Shown: positions 39,001 through 49,258, counted from the first letter of the stretch. The stretch: DNA of 64,000 nucleotides from Ostrea edulis (GCF_947568905.1 NC_079167.1:56544001-56608000), one strand, 5' to 3'. The notes: generated by a model from the sequence alone, not told the origin. Translations and numbers: made by a program.

Positions 39001-42000
39001 AACCATATACCCTGTGAGTCATCTTAAATTTTTCATAACATCCCAAAAACGATTTTGAGAGGACAGTATCTTTGATTTCCTGAGACAGGCAGTCTCCATA
39101 ACATTAACTGTGCATCATATACTACAGTCTGCCATGTAATTATATGGAGAAAATACTCATTTTTAAACTGTCATATGGAGAGAATTCAATAAAGCATTTG
39201 GTGTCTATTTCAATATATGTTATGATGCAATTTAATTAAACAAATATCTAATTGCTTTTCTGTGTGTGTTTACTATATGTCAATACGAAAACCACATCTA
39301 TTAATACGATTTTATTTAACGTTCCATTTAATTGTTACCCTGTAATGCAGGGTCTCATAAAGGTTTGGAATATGGTCATTACATTCATATTTTAACAATG
39401 ACTGAGACTCATCAGACAATGCACACATGAAAAACACGTACTGTAGATATATCCTCTTTTATGAATTAATACAAATGATACCAAACAAAATATCATACTT
39501 ACAAAGTGGTAATTTTTCCTAATTCTTTAAAAGTTCCTCTTGGAATGTTTCTTATTCTATTAAATCTTAAATCTCTGAAAAAGAAAAGAAAATTGGTGAA
39601 ACTCTTAACATAAAAAATCTTCACTATAATTCAGATTGAGGCAACAAAAATATCTTCCACATTTTACAGTAATTGGTCATATAAGTCTTGCAAAGGTCAT
39701 CTGAGGACAAAATCCAGGAAAAAGGCTACAGGGTAGCTGATAATTAACAAGATACTGTAGTCTAAATCCCAAGCCCAACTTTTATAAGTGCACAAATAAT
39801 ATTATCATGAGATGAAAACCTCACTTGTTCTTCAGTACAGTATAATATTACGGGGGAGGGGGTGGAGAAGTCCCTGTGGGATTTGTGTAATAAGAATATC
39901 ACAATAAATTATGCTTAGAAGTTCAGTTTATTTTACTCAAACCATGGAATGGTACATGAGGTACATGAAACATATTTACATATATACAATAACAGGAGTC
40001 AAACAGATGAAAAATCTGGAGAACAGACAATATTATAATGATTTTCAAAATAAACATACATAGCTTTCTTAGAGATACCGAATGAGTTCACCAAAAAAAA
40101 TTTGTGTTTGGGGCAGAACAATATTCTATATCTAAAAATTCTCTACGTAATTTGCACGAAGATTTACATTCTGTAAACAAACACATAACAAAGACGCTTA
40201 TAGAGTGACATTTATTCTCCTATTAGAGGAAACTAAGGAAATTTTTGTAGGATATAACAAAGTTTAGTTCTACTGAACAGTTTTCTGCTGGCCCTGGAAG
40301 TTTGTGTTTTACTGTACTACATATCATATGTAATATTGGTGACTTCAGATGTTGTTGATTCACACAAACATATATCATATTTTACATCTAGGAAAAAAAT
40401 AACAAATTTTGCAAAACGAAGTAACTTACCAAAACAAAACTATCATATGTGGTATCAAGATAAAAGTTCTTTTACTACTGGGCATAGTAGTAGATAGGAC
40501 TACAAACTGTATTTATCAATGTTTTAATGCAGGTATTGCAAAAATGTATACTTTGTGATAGGTATGGGCTTTTGCAAATCTTATTGCATGCACATAAAAT
40601 CTTCATCTTGTTCTAATCAACAGTTAATCAACAGTGTCGTATTTTGTTATGATATATCAATATATGACTACTGAAAATACTCCTTTTATCAAATAATGAT
40701 AATTTAGAAATGCATCCATAGGATACAAATGCCTGTTAAGTTTAGTCGAAAACTAGAAATTCTATGAAACTGGAGTTGGACACATATATACATCAAATAA
40801 TACACTTGCCATTTTTTAAAATATCGAAGTCCAATAATATCTCTGAAAGTTAAAACACTATTGTGTGACTGACATAGTTGACACAAGTCAATCCTCTAGA
40901 CCAATAAAAAATCAGTTTTGAAGACTGACAACATTTCCAATTGTTTTTGTCTTTGATATCTTTACAAATTGTAATGATAGCCATTTCCTCATGAATGTGA
41001 TGCAGTCGTGAACAATGTGCGTATAAATCTTGATAAATATAGTGCGTCTTCTTTAGCAGCTGGGAATTCTGATAGAAATGAAAAAAGAATGTAAATATAA
41101 AAAATAGATTTCGTTTTTGAAAATACATGACAGTAATGGAACTACAATGCTTCATGTCAGCAAACTTTTCATGAAGCACCAACGAACGTGCTTCATGAAG
41201 TATGCTGGCATGAAGCATCACAGTTATTTCTTAAATTATGTTATTGATGGCAAGTACCTGACTTCAAAAAATTTTAAGTGTGTTTTTCTGAAAATTTATC
41301 TATGCGAGATCAGATTTTTTTCAGATATGTCATTTTAGAAATCAGTTCTGATATCCATGAGGTGCTTATTAATACATGTAATTTGTACTCATGAGGTTGT
41401 AAATGTTTTGTGGAAGATATAATTGGACCATGGACATTGACTTGGGATATCTCAGGGGTTGGAGCACCTGACTAGTAATGCAGGGGTCCTGGATTCGATT
41501 CCCAGTCCAGACATTAATTTTATCCTTTCCTAAATTACGTTTGATGCCATTGACCATCCCTGGATTTCAGGTGAAAATCCTGCCAGGGGCAAAAAGAATC
41601 TGGGTTGTGTGTCTTCAAGGGCGAAGACAATTTAAAGAGAGAAGAAAATGTTGTAGTTAGGGCTATATGGACCATAAATATTGGCCTGGATAGCTTAGTG
41701 GTTAGAGCACCTGACTAGTAATGTTGGGGTCCTGGGTTGGATTCCTGGTCCAGCCATACATTTTCTTCCTTCCTGTTACATTTGGTGCCATAGACCAGCC
41801 CCTGGAACTGACAGGTGAAAATCCCTGCCAGGGGATAAAGATCCTGGGTTAATGTCTTCAAGACATTTAAAGAGGGAGGAATGTGGAGGTCAGACAGGTT
41901 CAATTGCTAGTGGTCAGATGCCTCAGTTGGTCAGAGCACCTGACTGGAGATTCAGGGGACCGAGGTTCAAATCCCGATCTGGTCCATTGCATTTTCTCCC

Positions 42001-45000
42001 TTCCTGTTACAATTTGAACAACTATACATGTATTTAGAAATGAGCTAACCATATAGCAGGCTGGATGGACTTCCCAGACCATATAAAGATACAAATATAG
42101 CAGAACATAAAACAAGTCAATGGTTCACAAGGGCAAAATTCATTACCACTATTTCATATTTTTCCCAATCAGCAAATTCCTTCTCGATTCACAATATTCC
42201 TAAAATTATTAAAAGTAATAATACCCAGCTTAATATATGATTCAGAGAAATATCAAAAGGGAGAAACAAGAAAGTCTCTATTAGTATTTGTTGCAGAAAC
42301 AATCGCTGTTTTCTCAGAACCCTCCATCATACTTTGAAAATATTGACCGAGAAATGTGCTGCACTAAATTCTGATACCAAATAGGGTAGTTTCCCCTAAA
42401 TGCTAAATTATTTTTTAGATTGAATTCTGATTAACATGGATCATTATATGTCTCTGCTTCCCTACCCCATAATTACTACATGCCAGTAACCCATGAATTA
42501 AGCGTCACCCTAAAACAGTCAACAATGATACATCATTGCACGTACCTTCTTTTTCACAGAAATTTATGATTTCAACTGAAGTTTATTCTCATCTTGACCT
42601 TTGAGGCACAATTTTGCATCATGAAGGGTCAAAACTCACAGCAATTTTAAAACAACACTACATATGCATGAACTGGTGTAGAGTGTGAGCTAGGAGGATT
42701 GAATTTTGATCTTTCAAATACAATCTTTGGTCAATGCTGCATAGCATACCCAAGGCCGATGATTAAGTTAAGTATGACAGAGATGTTGGAGCAAGGGGAA
42801 AGAATCCATCTGGATAAAGAAGAATACAAAGGTTTTGTTCGGCCTTCATTCTTTTTACTTTAATTTCTGTAAACAGGGCTTAATTGACATTTTTTGGTTC
42901 AGGGTCTGATACCATTTCAATTTAGAATTTAATTACATCGAAAAACTGCTATTTCGGAAAAATTACTCAGACAAAAAAATAATGCATTACACCGCATAGG
43001 TAAAATAAACCAAATGCATTCATTTATATATCATGATTAAAGGTACATATTCTTTAATTTTCATGTTGGATATAAATACAAGTTAACAGTATTCTGTAAA
43101 TAAAATGGGGGGGCTTGACATATGTCATTATGTGTTTACCAGGTATATTTCCTATAGCAAACTTTATACATTGTATTAGATAGCTCATTCCCAGGATGTT
43201 GCAAATTTTATGTAAAAATTAACATATGATGTAGATACTATATTTACTATGCTTGTGAGCTGATAATTTGGGGAATTTTCAATCAGAATTTGGGAAAAAA
43301 CAGTAAATTTTCAATTGGGACTGGGCCCTTTTACTGGACCCACATACAAGGATGAAGTCCTCGTAAAGGTCATTGCAGACCACATATTTATGGCTAGTTC
43401 ATGTATGGCATATGAGAAAGAAAATTCCAAGAACAAAAAGTTTTGGCAATAGCATATGTATTTCCCCCATTAATTAGTCCTTTCTATTCCAAACATGCAA
43501 TAAACAGTTTCCTCTTGTAAAATGTTTTGGGAGTGTTTATTGTATCAACAGCATGTTGCATAATGGATTGTAAATAATTTTCCTGTTTACATCATTTTTA
43601 AAGAAATATTTCAAAATGTATTTCCAGTACAAGATTATTAATGACTCTTAAAGAAGTTTGCACAACTTATGACACTTCAAAACATAACAGTTTTAAATGC
43701 CTGATATATTGTATCTGTTTGTGTAATCAGAGTGGCAATTAACCAGCTGCAGTCTCTGGTTATGATGTCAGAGAAAAAATTCCCCCTAAATTTCTGTCCA
43801 TCCCCCAACAGAGAGACGCCATGTGCCACTTGCTGTGTGCATTCATGATGCTTACTGGGACTTGATCCGCTAATCAGAACATTATCTTTCCTCTTTGTAG
43901 GCAGGCACTTTCTTTGATTCCTGTTTCATTGATACTGTACAGCAGGAATCTAGCCGACACTTGATGGCTCATAGCTTTAGTACATTATATTGCATATTGA
44001 TGGAAATTGTCCCTCCTTCATCTTTGAGTCATTGAACAACAGCCATGAATCAAGATCTCTGGGGAGAAATAGCAGTGCTAATTTCTGATTGTACCAGATA
44101 ACAAGATAAAAATGGGCTACCTATGAAATCTACCATGAATCATTACAGAGAGGAGAGCATAAATTAAAAGAAAATTAACGGTTTTTTCCTACAAAAATAT
44201 GAAGCAAAACATTTGGCAGAGGTTAAAAGATGCACTGTGCAACATGCTCACAAAAAAATAAAACACTTGAAGAGGTGCAGAGAAAACTCTTCACTGCACA
44301 CCACATTGACAGGCCCTTAGCAGCATCAGTGATTGACAATAATTCTCTCCAAGCACTGGTACAGCACATGGTCACCATCTTATCAGCTGTGCATCAGCAG
44401 AGAGAGAGAGCAATAAAGCAGACAGGGGTCATTAAGGTCCTAAAATAAGGCAGACAACTGAATATATCCTCACTTAATTTGCCACTTGGATGATGTTCAG
44501 TGGCTATGATGTGAAATAATCACCATGTTACCAGGTGATGATGAATTGCAGTTTTCCTTAGAGCATTAAACTTTGTTTTGGGGGTTTTCTTTGTTAGTTT
44601 TTTCTATTCTTTGTTTGGACATTTAGGACATCATATTCTTATGCTCTTCATACTTACAATTTACAAATAGTTTTTCTTGAAATAAATAAAGATCATGACC
44701 ACAAGCTTCTAAAATTAGAAAACTACAAACTGGGCGTGTTGGACTACATCATTTTTTGAATGGTCTATTCTATAAAGTCTAACTACTTTGATTTGGCTTC
44801 AAAATCTAATCCCATTGAGAAACTATAGAGAAAATACTTGTCTATGATGGTACTAATTAGTTTCCTCTATATCACATACTAGTAAAATGGTAATGAAAAT
44901 AAAAAAGGGGTCAAATGTCACTAACATTGTCATAAGTAGTGGTTCTGAAGGCCCTGGTGACTCTATCAGTTCCCTACATTAGGTGCAATGTACCTGTCCA

Positions 45001-47816
45001 ATGTACCTTAATATAGATAAGAAGCCAGTGCCTAGGGATAAATTCAAGATCTAGGATTGAGTGTCCTAATCCTGCAATCCACTGGGGACCATCTCTGGCT
45101 AGATTGGTGTTGGTCAAGTCCCTGACAAGAGCCTCAGGGGTTCACTTTTATATATAAAAAAAAAAAAAAAAAAAAAAAAAACCATTTCAATGGTGCATCT
45201 TCTCCCTTCCTGTTACATTTGGTGCCATAACCTGCCCCTGGAGCGGATAGCCTGACATCTTTCTTTTTAATCACTTGCAGATTGAAGTAATCAAAATTAT
45301 GTTGGTGCACTGTGAATGCCACAGAACATCAATGTAGAGTTAACGAGGAGCAATTGAAAAATTTAGTTGAATGATCCAGACCATGTAGCAAAAAATTAAG
45401 GTGTACAATAGATGCATTTTATTGTACATGCTGATGTTCCAGTTTTATCTGAATACACAGGAGGTGTGATTTATTGTGAAAGAGAACACTTCAAACATTG
45501 AAGAAGAAAAAATTAACTTTCCATACAAAATGAGCTTCATTGATGCATATTTACACTTGGTTCACCTTCCTTTTAAAGTTTAAACACACTTGGTGCTTAA
45601 TCATTAGTAAGAAAGGAAGTCCTTCACTGCAGCAGCTATTTTTCATCTTAATAGTTATATAATTACACCCTTCCGATATGAATGACTTCATCGTCAAAAA
45701 TTTTGTCGTTCGAGTGTAGGAAATTGTCACATCATGGAGTGCCCCTACTCTTTCCTAAAATTTCAAAATCAGTAGGAATTTTTGGCATGTTAATCGTGAT
45801 CCCAAAATCTGATTATATGTGTATATTCTGACATGTATGCACAATTCAGAAATAAATTGTCATGTCAAATTCTTATCACTTAACACAGTTAAAACAGTTC
45901 TAATAATGATACTATAGAGGGTGAAACAGTTTGAAATATATACATTGTACACACAATACATAGGACCATTGCCAACCAGAGGGTTTCTCCCAATAAATCA
46001 CAGAGTGTAAAAGACCCTTTAAAGATTACAGGAAAATTAATAAGACTTCACTTGATTGTCTGTAATTATTTCAAATTACCCCTCTTACATATCCCAGAAG
46101 GAAATTACCACAGTCATTTGAAATATGGTGGTTGAAATATCAACCGTGATAACTTGATGTGGGGCTAGGCGATGGTTGATTCACATTATTCCGGGTAATT
46201 TAGACATTATTCCAATAAAGGGACAAGCATTATGTGTGGATGTTGACAATTCAAAGTTAAAGACTGACATAAAAGAAGATAAGAAGCCTATATTGGATTT
46301 TCTATACTGATACAACTGACCTCAGGCATAGTAACCTGGTCAGATAGTTTGTGGGTCCATTTTAGTGTAAATAATCAGTTGCATAAACAAATATTGTGAT
46401 AATATCTCATTTTGGGGATAAGCAGGTTTATCCTAACACAACTTGTACAGGTGGCATTCCAAACTTCTTTTATCCATGTGGAGCCATCTGGTTTTTATAT
46501 TGGATTGATCTGTTATTTTTGTTAAACTGCACAAGTAAATTAATCATAGATATTTAAAAGGTTCTGGATACATAATGCATAAGTACAGATGGATTTACCA
46601 CTGGGACTGCTTATTCCATTATTTTACAAAGCCCAGCACTTTCTCCCAGCTTAGGATTACCAACAGTACTACACCTCCCAATATTCATGGACATTTTCAG
46701 TAAATCATATAAAATCTCAAAAACCCATGTCAAAACCAACACACAGCTTACTGTATTCAAAGGTAATTTGATTTTCTTTTTTATAATAGATCACCGTTTC
46801 TCATCTTAACTGTTAAATCCTATGACAAGGGGGTTTCTTTTTACATTCATATATTTTAATAGTGCTGGCATTTTTTAAGGCATGGAGTTATGGGATAAAA
46901 AACGTTTTTGATAGTTGTTTTTTTTCTCTTGACTCTCTACGTTTAGGACAAAAATACTATAAGATTTTTTTCCTTCAACTTAAAAAATGTTAGAGAGGGG
47001 TTCATGTACAGGCTGTAGATCAATTGAGATTTTAAAGATTTAAATCCTCTTTAACAGAATGACTTTTTAATTCCCACTGAAAATCATTTACATATTCCAT
47101 AACTGTCGCCCGCGTTGAATAGGGCGAGCACCTAGAAGAAAATGCTAATTCATTTTATTTTTTCAATTTTACTTTTCCCCCTCTCCTGTTAAAAGGTTTA
47201 TGAGTCGATTGTGTCGTTAGCGACATGCATGTTTATATTTGGAAGGTGAATTCCAACTTGGAAGTCCTATGTTTGAGTGAGCAATGCTGTAAAGGCAACT
47301 AGGTGTGTTATCTTAAAGATAAGAGGCACAGGTGAAACGCAGGTGCCCCTTCGTATGAAGTGGCTGGGTAATTTTTCATCTAAACGTCAAATACAACTAG
47401 AGGGGACCACTGTGTTTAAAAACATGCTCATTTAGTATCAAACAAGAATTTATTACTTTCAAATACACATGAAAAATTTTCTCTCATTAAACGAAGGAGT
47501 ATTTAAAAACAAAATATTTTCTCACCGCAAAACCATTAACCTGTCGTGTGTATATCAGTTTTTGACAATTGCGGACTCGATGCCGTTACTGAAAATGAAC
47601 AAAACATAACATATATATCTATTTACATTTTTTTAAATATACATACAAAACTGTTGTAGTCGAGGGAATTCCTGAAGGCACTCGATCCAACTGCAGAAAC
47701 ATGCAGCGCACGGTTGAACCTCTTATGCACACACATTTTTCGGGACATTTTTCCTGAGAGCATACATTTGTCGCACACAATAATATGACTATCCACAAAG
47801 AGTGTAACCGCTCCAT
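9384..47816 (-). CDS. PXDN: Peroxidasin, complete 20-exon gene (signal peptide, LRRNT, LRRs, LRRCT, 4 Ig, animal heme peroxidase, coiled-coil, VWC); about 1432 aa
   Basis: Twenty exons were joined by hand with GT-AG boundaries and matching phases, totalling 4299 nt including the stop. The domain order is diagnostic of peroxidasin. Catalytic motifs QWGQFLDHD (distal His), ITAFIDAS (Ca site), GDNRVNE and AAFRFGH (proximal His) are present. Confidence 0.96.
9606..9646. repeat. (CT)n microsatellite
   Basis: Interrupted CT run in the last peroxidasin intron. Confidence 0.9.
10335..10454 (-). CDS. PXDN: Peroxidasin exon 19 (VWC, first half)
   Basis: [40 protein letters not shown]; CAG acceptor, GTGAGT donor. 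Confidence 0.9.
10623..11399. mobile_element. TA-target (Tc1/mariner-type) MITE in peroxidasin intron 18
   Basis: TA|CAGTCACACCTCATTATCTC at the left; reverse complement of the right end reads TA|CAGTTGAACTTCAGTATCTTGAAC; TA flanks on both sides. Confidence 0.65.
11511..11749 (-). CDS. PXDN: Peroxidasin exon 18 (linker/coiled-coil)
   Basis: [18 protein letters not shown]...[24 protein letters not shown]; open frame, TAG acceptor, GTAAAT donor, phases fit both neighbours. Confidence 0.85.
11886..12094 (-). CDS. PXDN: Peroxidasin exon 17 (end of peroxidase domain)
   Basis: [41 protein letters not shown]...[17 protein letters not shown]; donor GTAAGT. Confidence 0.94.
12604..12721 (-). CDS. 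PXDN: Peroxidasin exon 16
   Basis: [40 protein letters not shown]; CAG acceptor, GTATTT donor. Confidence 0.94.
12995..13201. mobile_element. 207-bp TA-target MITE in peroxidasin intron 15
   Basis: TIRs CTGTAAAAGTGGTTATTTACGCGTGGG / CCCCAGCGTAAATAACCAATTTTACAG with TA flanks; a second, interrupted copy lies at 30741-32391. Confidence 0.8.
13542..14834 (-). CDS. PXDN: Peroxidasin exon 15 (heme peroxidase core, 1293 nt)
   Basis: [20 protein letters not shown]...QWGQFLDHD...AAFRFGH...[12 protein letters not shown]...LQALYGHP; CAG acceptor, GTAACA donor. Confidence 0.96.
15182..15415 (-). CDS. PXDN: Peroxidasin exon 14 (start of peroxidase domain)
   Basis: [22 protein letters not shown]...[24 protein letters not shown]...YENGFNTPV; donor GTTAGT. 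Confidence 0.92.
15600..15872 (-). CDS. PXDN: Peroxidasin exon 13 (linker before the peroxidase domain)
   Basis: [37 protein letters not shown]...[27 protein letters not shown]; donor GTATGG. Confidence 0.9.
16066..16329 (-). CDS. PXDN: Peroxidasin exon 12 (Ig4)
   Basis: [29 protein letters not shown]...[25 protein letters not shown]; AAG acceptor, GTTGGT donor. Confidence 0.87.
16372..16571. repeat. ~56-bp minisatellite, about 3.5 copies
   Basis: GTTATA(CC)AAACT anchor at 16372, 16430, 16486, 16542. Confidence 0.8.
16761..17168 (+). mobile_element. Degenerate non-autonomous Helentron remnant
   Basis: Starts ACAAGAGGCCCATGG and ends GATCAGAAAAGCTCA...AAGTGAGCTAAAA, the same terminal boxes as 3113-4705. 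Confidence 0.65.
17476..17640 (-). CDS. PXDN: Peroxidasin exon 11 (Ig3, second half)
   Basis: [54 protein letters not shown]; TAG acceptor, GTAAGA donor. Confidence 0.92.
17689..18095 (-). mobile_element. tRNA-LTR TRIM (Helenus-like) tandem remnant: partial internal region, LTR 17902-18029, internal 17803-17901, LTR 17689-17802
   Basis: On the minus strand each LTR runs TG...CCTTCCTGTTACA, contains TCAGTTGGTAGAGCA (A box) and GGTTC(G/A)AATCCC (B box), and is preceded by a purine tract (AAGGAGGGAGGAA, AAAGAGGGAGTAA). Confidence 0.75.
21935..22100 (-). mobile_element. tRNA-LTR TRIM fragment (internal region + PPT + 5' half of LTR)
   Basis: Minus strand AAAAAGGGAGGAA|TGTAGTAGTTAGG...GGATAGCTCAGTGGTTAGAGCACCT; the internal part closely matches 41585-41650. 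Confidence 0.7.
22657..22773 (-). CDS. PXDN: Peroxidasin exon 10 (Ig3, first half)
   Basis: [39 protein letters not shown]; follows a 75-nt intron; donor GTAAGT. Confidence 0.92.
22849..23121 (-). CDS. PXDN: Peroxidasin exon 9 (Ig2)
   Basis: [36 protein letters not shown]...[26 protein letters not shown]; donor GTAAGT. Confidence 0.93.
23372..23605 (+). mobile_element. Short non-autonomous Helentron-like element (about 235 bp)
   Basis: AACAAGATGTGTTTGAGAAAC start, GGTCAAAGGTCAA core, terminal hairpin ATACCCCGGAATCTTCAATTCCAGGGGCATAAAA. Confidence 0.6.
23976..24020. repeat. (AT)n microsatellite
   Basis: About 22 perfect AT units. Confidence 0.9.
24273..24433 (-). CDS. PXDN: Peroxidasin exon 8 (Ig1, second half)
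   Basis: [53 protein letters not shown]; CAG acceptor, GTACAC donor. Confidence 0.9.
24948..25065 (-). CDS. PXDN: Peroxidasin exon 7 (Ig1, first half)
   Basis: [39 protein letters not shown]; CAG acceptor, GTAGGT donor. Not in the ORF track. Confidence 0.9.
27105..27618. mobile_element. TTAA-target MITE (Kolobok-type)
   Basis: TTAA|AGGGACTGATTCACAATTT ... AAATCGTGAACCAGTCCCT|TTAA; TIRs starting AGG with a TTAA TSD. Confidence 0.8.
28046..28496. repeat. 43-bp minisatellite, about 10.5 copies
   Basis: Consensus GACATATGCATGGTGCTTACTGCCGTAGTA(T/A)TGAGAATTATCT with an exact 43-nt period (anchors 28048, 28091, 28134 ... 28478) and no spacers. Confidence 0.95.
29101..29264 (-). CDS. PXDN: Peroxidasin exon 6 (LRRCT)
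   Basis: [54 protein letters not shown]; CAG acceptor, GTATGC donor. Confidence 0.93.
30741..32391. mobile_element. Copy of the 12995-13201 MITE (inverted), split by an inserted element
   Basis: 30741-30833 and 32278-32391 together align with the reverse complement of 12995-13201; TA flanks. Confidence 0.8.
30836..32275. mobile_element. 1.44-kb TA-target non-autonomous DNA transposon nested in the MITE above
   Basis: TA|CAGTAAAATATCTGTGTCTCGAA ... TTGAGATAGAGATATTTTACTG|TA; TA duplicated at 30834-30835 and 32276-32277; no transposase ORF. Confidence 0.8.
32450..32700 (-). mobile_element. Degenerate satellite-Helentron remnant
   Basis: Ends AGGTGAGTAATATGGCCCATGGACCTCTTGTT (reverse of the 5' box) with decayed monomer motifs (AAAATCTTCTCCGAAGAACCAC). 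Confidence 0.55.
32775..32846 (-). CDS. PXDN: Peroxidasin exon 5 (72-bp LRR)
   Basis: [23 protein letters not shown]; CAG acceptor, GTGAGT donor. Confidence 0.9.
34500..34571 (-). CDS. PXDN: Peroxidasin exon 4 (72-bp LRR)
   Basis: [23 protein letters not shown]; CAG acceptor, GTAAGT donor. Confidence 0.93.
35415..35784 (+). mobile_element. Complete tRNA-LTR TRIM (Helenus-like): LTR 35415-35535, internal 35536-35651, LTR 35652-35784, TSD ATAT
   Basis: ATAT|TGTGGTAG...TAGCTCAGTGG (A box)...GGTTCGAATCCC (B box)...CTGTTAAA|CT-TGGTGCC (PBS-like)...AAGGGAGGAA (PPT)|TGTGGTGG...GGTTCGAATTC...CCTGATACA|ATAT. Confidence 0.8.
37112..37183 (-). CDS. PXDN: Peroxidasin exon 3 (72-bp LRR)
   Basis: [23 protein letters not shown]; CAG acceptor, GTGAGT donor. 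Confidence 0.93.
39503..39574 (-). CDS. PXDN: Peroxidasin exon 2 (72-bp LRR)
   Basis: [23 protein letters not shown]; CAG acceptor, GTAAGT donor. Confidence 0.93.
41404..42011 (+). mobile_element. Tandem tRNA-LTR TRIM array with three LTRs (41404-41539, 41649-41780, 41882-42011) and two internal regions
   Basis: Each LTR has A/B boxes around CCTGACT(A/G)G. Internal regions start TTTG(G/A)TGCCAT and end in a purine tract before TG. The anticodon-arm region CACCTGACTAGTAATGCAGG resembles tRNA-Thr(AGT). Confidence 0.8.
45070..45255 (+). mobile_element. Degenerate tRNA-LTR TRIM fragment (LTR 3' end + PBS-like motif)
   Basis: TCTTCTCCCTTCCTGTTACA|TTTGGTGCCATAACCTGCCCCTGG at 45198-45241; decayed tRNA-like head upstream of a poly-A tract. 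Confidence 0.6.
47647..47816 (-). CDS. PXDN: Peroxidasin exon 1 (signal peptide + LRRNT)
   Basis: [56 protein letters not shown]; donor GTATGT, phase 2. Confidence 0.93.
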
Positions 47817-47989
47817 GATGTTTAAGTTGTCTGTAGTTTAATTAAAACTTTCTTCAACTTTTCTTCACAACTCGGTGGAACTGTCTTCTCAGCTGATCGA
47901 TATCATTCTACACAATGTTGACATTTTTGTATTGGAGCGCACGTTAGCGAAGAGAATTATGTCCGACCCACTCAAATACTGCACGCATA

Positions 47990-48030
47990 CACACTGTCAA
48001 ATAAACTCGCATCTCGACGCTTTAATATAG
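47990..48030 (-). promoter_or_regulatory. Possible peroxidasin core promoter (TATA-like box + initiator-like motif)
   Basis: Minus-strand TATATTAAA near 48020-48028 lies about 30 nt upstream of an Inr-like GACAGT near 47993-47998, roughly 180 nt before the ATG. Motif match only. Confidence 0.3.
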
Positions 48031-49227
48031 ACATGCATAAGATTACGTAGAGCGTTAAAGGATTTTTGAGGGCTCATCACTGCACCATGGGGGTGCCTGC
48101 TATAAAACAGCCAGGAGTAGACCATACATCACGTTCGTACTCCCTCCGTTGCCGATGCGTTTTGGCTATTTGAAATCCTTGCCCCGTCTGCTACCGAAAA
48201 ATCTCGTCAAGTCAACCATGTGTTCAATTGTGGCCTGTGAGCAAGGAACAGAAAAAGAGAGTGGGGGAGAGGAGAGAAAGATCGATTCTATATATATATA
48301 GAGAGAGAGAGGTGTTGAGGTTTAGTGCTCTTGAGGGGTCGGACAGGGGTAGCTCCCCCCCCCCCCCCCCCGCCCCCCTTGAATAGTGATAAATTACATT
48401 TCATTCGTGTACTGAAGCATATTGCATGCCAGTTACTACCCATATGCACCACAACGGTTACAATACATATAAATAAACAAAAGAATATGTGAATTATGTA
48501 ACCTTAATTGTGTTGAAGATGAATTTCATTACCTTACTGATTGCCCATTCTATGTTGAAGAGAGAAATATATTTTTTAATGGTATATACAAGCTCAACAA
48601 AAATGTTATCTATCTAACAAATAAGGACAAATTTACTTGGTTGATGATTAATGAAGACAAACCAGTAATTGTCAAATTGAGTGAATATTTAGTGCAAACT
48701 TTCAGAAAAAGAAGTAATGCTTTAAAACTGCAAAAATCATTATAGTTTATTATTCATATATTGGTATAATACTGATACTGTCCATCTACTTGTATATATA
48801 CATGATTAGCAATTCATATATGTATGTACTTGTTTCCCCAACATGCTGCATCCACACGCAGTTTGCAGTCTCTGTAACCTGTAGTTAATGTTGTAAACTT
48901 TCTTTCTTTTTTGAATTTCCTTCTTTATAAAATGTCTTACTGTTATGCCCTCTGGGCCCAAAATTGGAATAAACTTATCTTATCTTATCTTATAAATATA
49001 ACACGCTTACGCGATAACGCAAATGTATTCTTTATATATATTTTCTGTATTTGTAGATAGTTTCTTTTGTCTGTCAAAACACAATGGGAACGTCGACAAA
49101 TGTGAGGGGGCGGACAGGGGGTAGCCCTCCCCTCCCCCAAGCCCTCTCCCTCCCCCCCCCCCCCTTTCCTTCAACCTGTCCGCCCCCACATATTCATCAA
49201 TATTTGAAGATGTAGATGGCTTACAAC

Positions 49228-49258
<31 letters not shown>

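Noticed and set aside
41687-41755. tRNA-Thr(AGT) gene (and the similar heads at about 17715, 17930, 35440, 41917)
   Set aside because: A/B boxes and an anticodon-arm-like segment are present, but there is no paired acceptor stem and the B box is degenerate in this copy. All heads sit at the same position in a repeated LTR, so they are TE-derived.
44230-44448. 72-aa ORF in intron 1
   Set aside because: No recognisable motif, splice context or start context; the length is compatible with chance.
48095-48200. Plus-strand TATAAAA followed by a possibly structured RNA (AGCCA/TGGCT, GGAGTA/TACTCC pairings)
   Set aside because: It matches no snRNA, snoRNA, SRP, Y or vault RNA motif I recognise, and the short stems are within chance.
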